Of a DNA stretch of 59,935 nt, positions 57,749 through 59,935 are shown in pieces (within the stretch, counting starts at the first letter, position 1; the number at the start of each line of letters is the position of its first letter). The DNA lies in the NCBI GenBank assembly GCA_029974925.1, contig JARKQH010000351.1:1-59935 (forward strand). The letters run 5' to 3'. Source of the stretch: Verrucomicrobiota bacterium (lineage in GTDB: Bacteria; Verrucomicrobiota; Verrucomicrobiia; Limisphaerales; UBA8199). A program made the translations under genes and the position numbers. The notes beneath the pieces were generated by a model, which saw only the letters and a program-made list of their open reading frames with translations, was not told the DNA's origin and searched no databases.

Positions 57749-59539
57749 ATGGACGTAGCGCACATAAGAAACTTTAGCATCATTGCCCATATTGACCATG
57801 GCAAGACGACCCTGTCGGATCGTCTGCTGCATCGTACCGGCACGATTTCGACCCGGGAGATGGAGGACCAGCTCCTCGATTCGATGGACCTCGAAAAGGA
57901 GCGGGGGATCACCATCAAGGCGCACCCGGTGACCATGCTCTACCGGGCCGCAAACGGCGAAACTTACGAGCTGAACCTGATTGATACCCCGGGTCATGTG
58001 GACTTCTCCTACGAAGTGTCCCGCAGCCTGAGCGCCTGCGAGGGAGCGCTGTTGATCGTGGATGCCGCCCAGGGGGTGGAAGCGCAAACCGTGGCCAATG
58101 TGCACCTGGCCATGAAGCAAAACCTCACGATTATCCCCGTAATCAACAAAATTGATCTGCCCCACGCCAACGTCCCCCTGGCCAAACAACAGCTCGAGGA
58201 CATCCTCGCGATCCCGGCGGACACCGCCATTCTGGCCAGCGCCAAGGAAGGGATTGGCATTGACGAAATTCTCGAGGCGATCGTGGCCCGGATTCCGCCC
58301 CCGACCCCGACCGGCGCCGGCTCGCTCCAGGCGCTGGTATTTGATTCCTACTTCGACACCTACAAGGGCGTCGTCACCCACGTGCGGGTCTTCAATGGCG
58401 AGCTGAAACCGGGCCTGCAGGTCAAACTCCTCCATTCCGGCAAACACGTCGAGGTCAAGGAAGTCGGCAGCTTCAACCCCAAACCTTACGTCCGCGAAAA
58501 GCTCGAGGCGGGGGAAACCGGCTACCTGACCGCCAACATCAAGTCGCCCCAGGAAGTCAAGATGGGCGACACCATCACCGATACCCGGCATCCGGCGCCC
58601 GCGCTGCCCGGCTTCCAGGAAATCCATCCGATGGTCTTCAGCGGGCTCTATCCCATCAACACCGCCGACTACGAGCATCTCAAGGCCAACCTGGCCAAGC
58701 TCCAGCTCAATGACTCGGCCTTCGTTTACCAGCCCGAAACGTCCGTGGCGCTGGGGTTCGGCTTTCGTTGCGGCTTTCTCGGGCTCTTGCATCTGGAAAT
58801 TGTCCAGGAACGCCTCCGGCGCGAATACGGCATGGATATCATTGCCACCTATCCCAGCGTCATTTACCGCGTCACCCTCACCGATGGCACCCTCAAGGAG
58901 GTGGACAACCCCGCCTATCTCCCGGAGCCCAATTACATCCAGAAAATCGAAGAGCCGGTGGTCCGCGCCTTTGTCATTTGTCCCAACGAAAACATCGGGG
59001 ACATGATGGCGCTGATCTCGGAAAAACGGGGATCGGTGGACCACACAGAAACCCTGGATTCGCGACGGGTCATGCTCACCAGCGTGGTGCCGCTCAATGA
59101 AATACTCATTGACTTCCATGACCGGATCAAGAGCCTCACCCGCGGCTACGGCTCCATGGACTACGAACACGCCGGCTACCAGGAATCGGACATGGTCAAG
59201 CTCGACATGCTCGTCAACGGCGAGTCGGTGGACGCCTTTTCCTGCATCGTTCACCGCGACAAAGCGGAGGGCAGGGGACGGGCCCTCGCCGCCAAGCTCA
59301 AGGAGGTCATCCCCCGCCAGCAATACGCCGTGGCCATTCAGGCCGCCATCGGCGGAAAAATCATCGCCCGCGAAACCGTCAGCGCCCTGCGCAAGGATGT
59401 CACCGCCAAGTGTTATGGCGGGGACATTACGCGCAAACGCAAACTGCTGGAAAAACAAAAGGAAGGCAAAAAACGCATGAAAGCCGTCGGCTCGGTCAAT
59501 ATCCCCCAGGAAGCCTTCATCGAAGTGCTCAAAGCCTGA
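57749..59539 (+). CDS. lepA: Translation elongation factor 4
   Basis: [43 protein letters not shown]. Confidence 0.99.
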   Translation: MDVAHIRNFSIIAHIDHGKTTLSDRLLHRTGTISTREMEDQLLDSMDLEKERGITIKAHPVTMLYRAANGETYELNLIDTPGHVDFSYEVSRSLSACEGALLIVDAAQGVEAQTVANVHLAMKQNLTIIPVINKIDLPHANVPLAKQQLEDILAIPADTAILASAKEGIGIDEILEAIVARIPPPTPTGAGSLQALVFDSYFDTYKGVVTHVRVFNGELKPGLQVKLLHSGKHVEVKEVGSFNPKPYVREKLEAGETGYLTANIKSPQEVKMGDTITDTRHPAPALPGFQEIHPMVFSGLYPINTADYEHLKANLAKLQLNDSAFVYQPETSVALGFGFRCGFLGLLHLEIVQERLRREYGMDIIATYPSVIYRVTLTDGTLKEVDNPAYLPEPNYIQKIEEPVVRAFVICPNENIGDMMALISEKRGSVDHTETLDSRRVMLTSVVPLNEILIDFHDRIKSLTRGYGSMDYEHAGYQESDMVKLDMLVNGESVDAFSCIVHRDKAEGRGRALAAKLKEVIPRQQYAVAIQAAIGGKIIARETVSALRKDVTAKCYGGDITRKRKLLEKQKEGKKRMKAVGSVNIPQEAFIEVLKA

Positions 59540-59557
59540 GCCCGCAGCCGCACCCTC

Positions 59558-59935
59558 ATGATCTCCCGATGGTTTCTCTCCCGAACGGTCCGCCACGCCA
59601 CGGCGATGCGGCGGCACGTCCAAAAGCTGCTCAACCACCAACGCGACATCCTTTCGCCTCAGGCCCTCGAAGCCCTGCAGTCGGCGTTGGGCGAGCTGCG
59701 CCAGGCCCTGGCAACGGGGGCGGACAAAGAGGCGCTCCAAAAGCAAATGGAGAGCCTCGAGAAGACCGCCAACAAATGGCTCAAACCCTATCCACATCCC
59801 GCGTGGAGGGAGAACGTCGAGGTGCTCCTGGTCGCCCTGGCCATCGCCATGGGCATCCGCACCTTCTTCCTCCAGCCCTTCAAGATTCCCACCGGCTCCA
59901 TGCAGCCCACGCTTTACGGCGTCACCTCGGTTCCC
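59558..59935 (+). CDS. lepB: Signal peptidase I (5' part, truncated by the window edge)
   Basis: Translates to ...WRENVEVLLVALAIAMGIRTFFLQPFKIPTGSMQPTLYG, including the catalytic Ser box; follows lepA. Confidence 0.95.
   Translation, partial: MISRWFLSRTVRHATAMRRHVQKLLNHQRDILSPQALEALQSALGELRQALATGADKEALQKQMESLEKTANKWLKPYPHPAWRENVEVLLVALAIAMGIRTFFLQPFKIPTGSMQPTLYGVTSVP

Overview
The window has two parts. (1) 1-26940 is the right-hand part of an apparently intact Mu-like (transposable) prophage with a non-contractile tail; the early/transposase region lies left of the window. Its head genes are split into two divergent arms. The minus-strand arm runs holin-lipoprotein, gp25/26-like, TerS, TerL, portal, MuF, two small ORFs, gpG. 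The plus-strand arm runs protease, capsid, decoration protein, methyltransferase, glycosyltransferase, gp36/gp37, accessory genes, tail. The prophage ends at ...TTTTCA (about 26940) inside a host FtsX-type permease gene. (2) 26941-59935 is host chromosome of a GC-rich bacterium, most likely Verrucomicrobiota (Limisphaerales/Pedosphaerales-like; inferred from protein styles, not from a search). It holds an ABC cluster, three sulfatases, an M20 peptidase, a repeat-rich intergenic region, the F-ATPase operon, a transketolase/aldolase/polyol-phosphate dehydrogenase cluster, an ECF sigma module, lepA and partial lepB. The strongest candidate for an undescribed system is a block of tail-spike/fibre-like genes in the structural operon that begin with Sec-type signal peptides, two of them placed before lambda-Stf-like attachment domains. 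Next come a 913-aa MuF protein with both a kinase-like and an ADP-ribosyltransferase-like domain followed by two candidate immunity genes, and a methyltransferase/glycosyltransferase pair inside the head module. All domain calls come from motif recognition by eye; no database searches were run.
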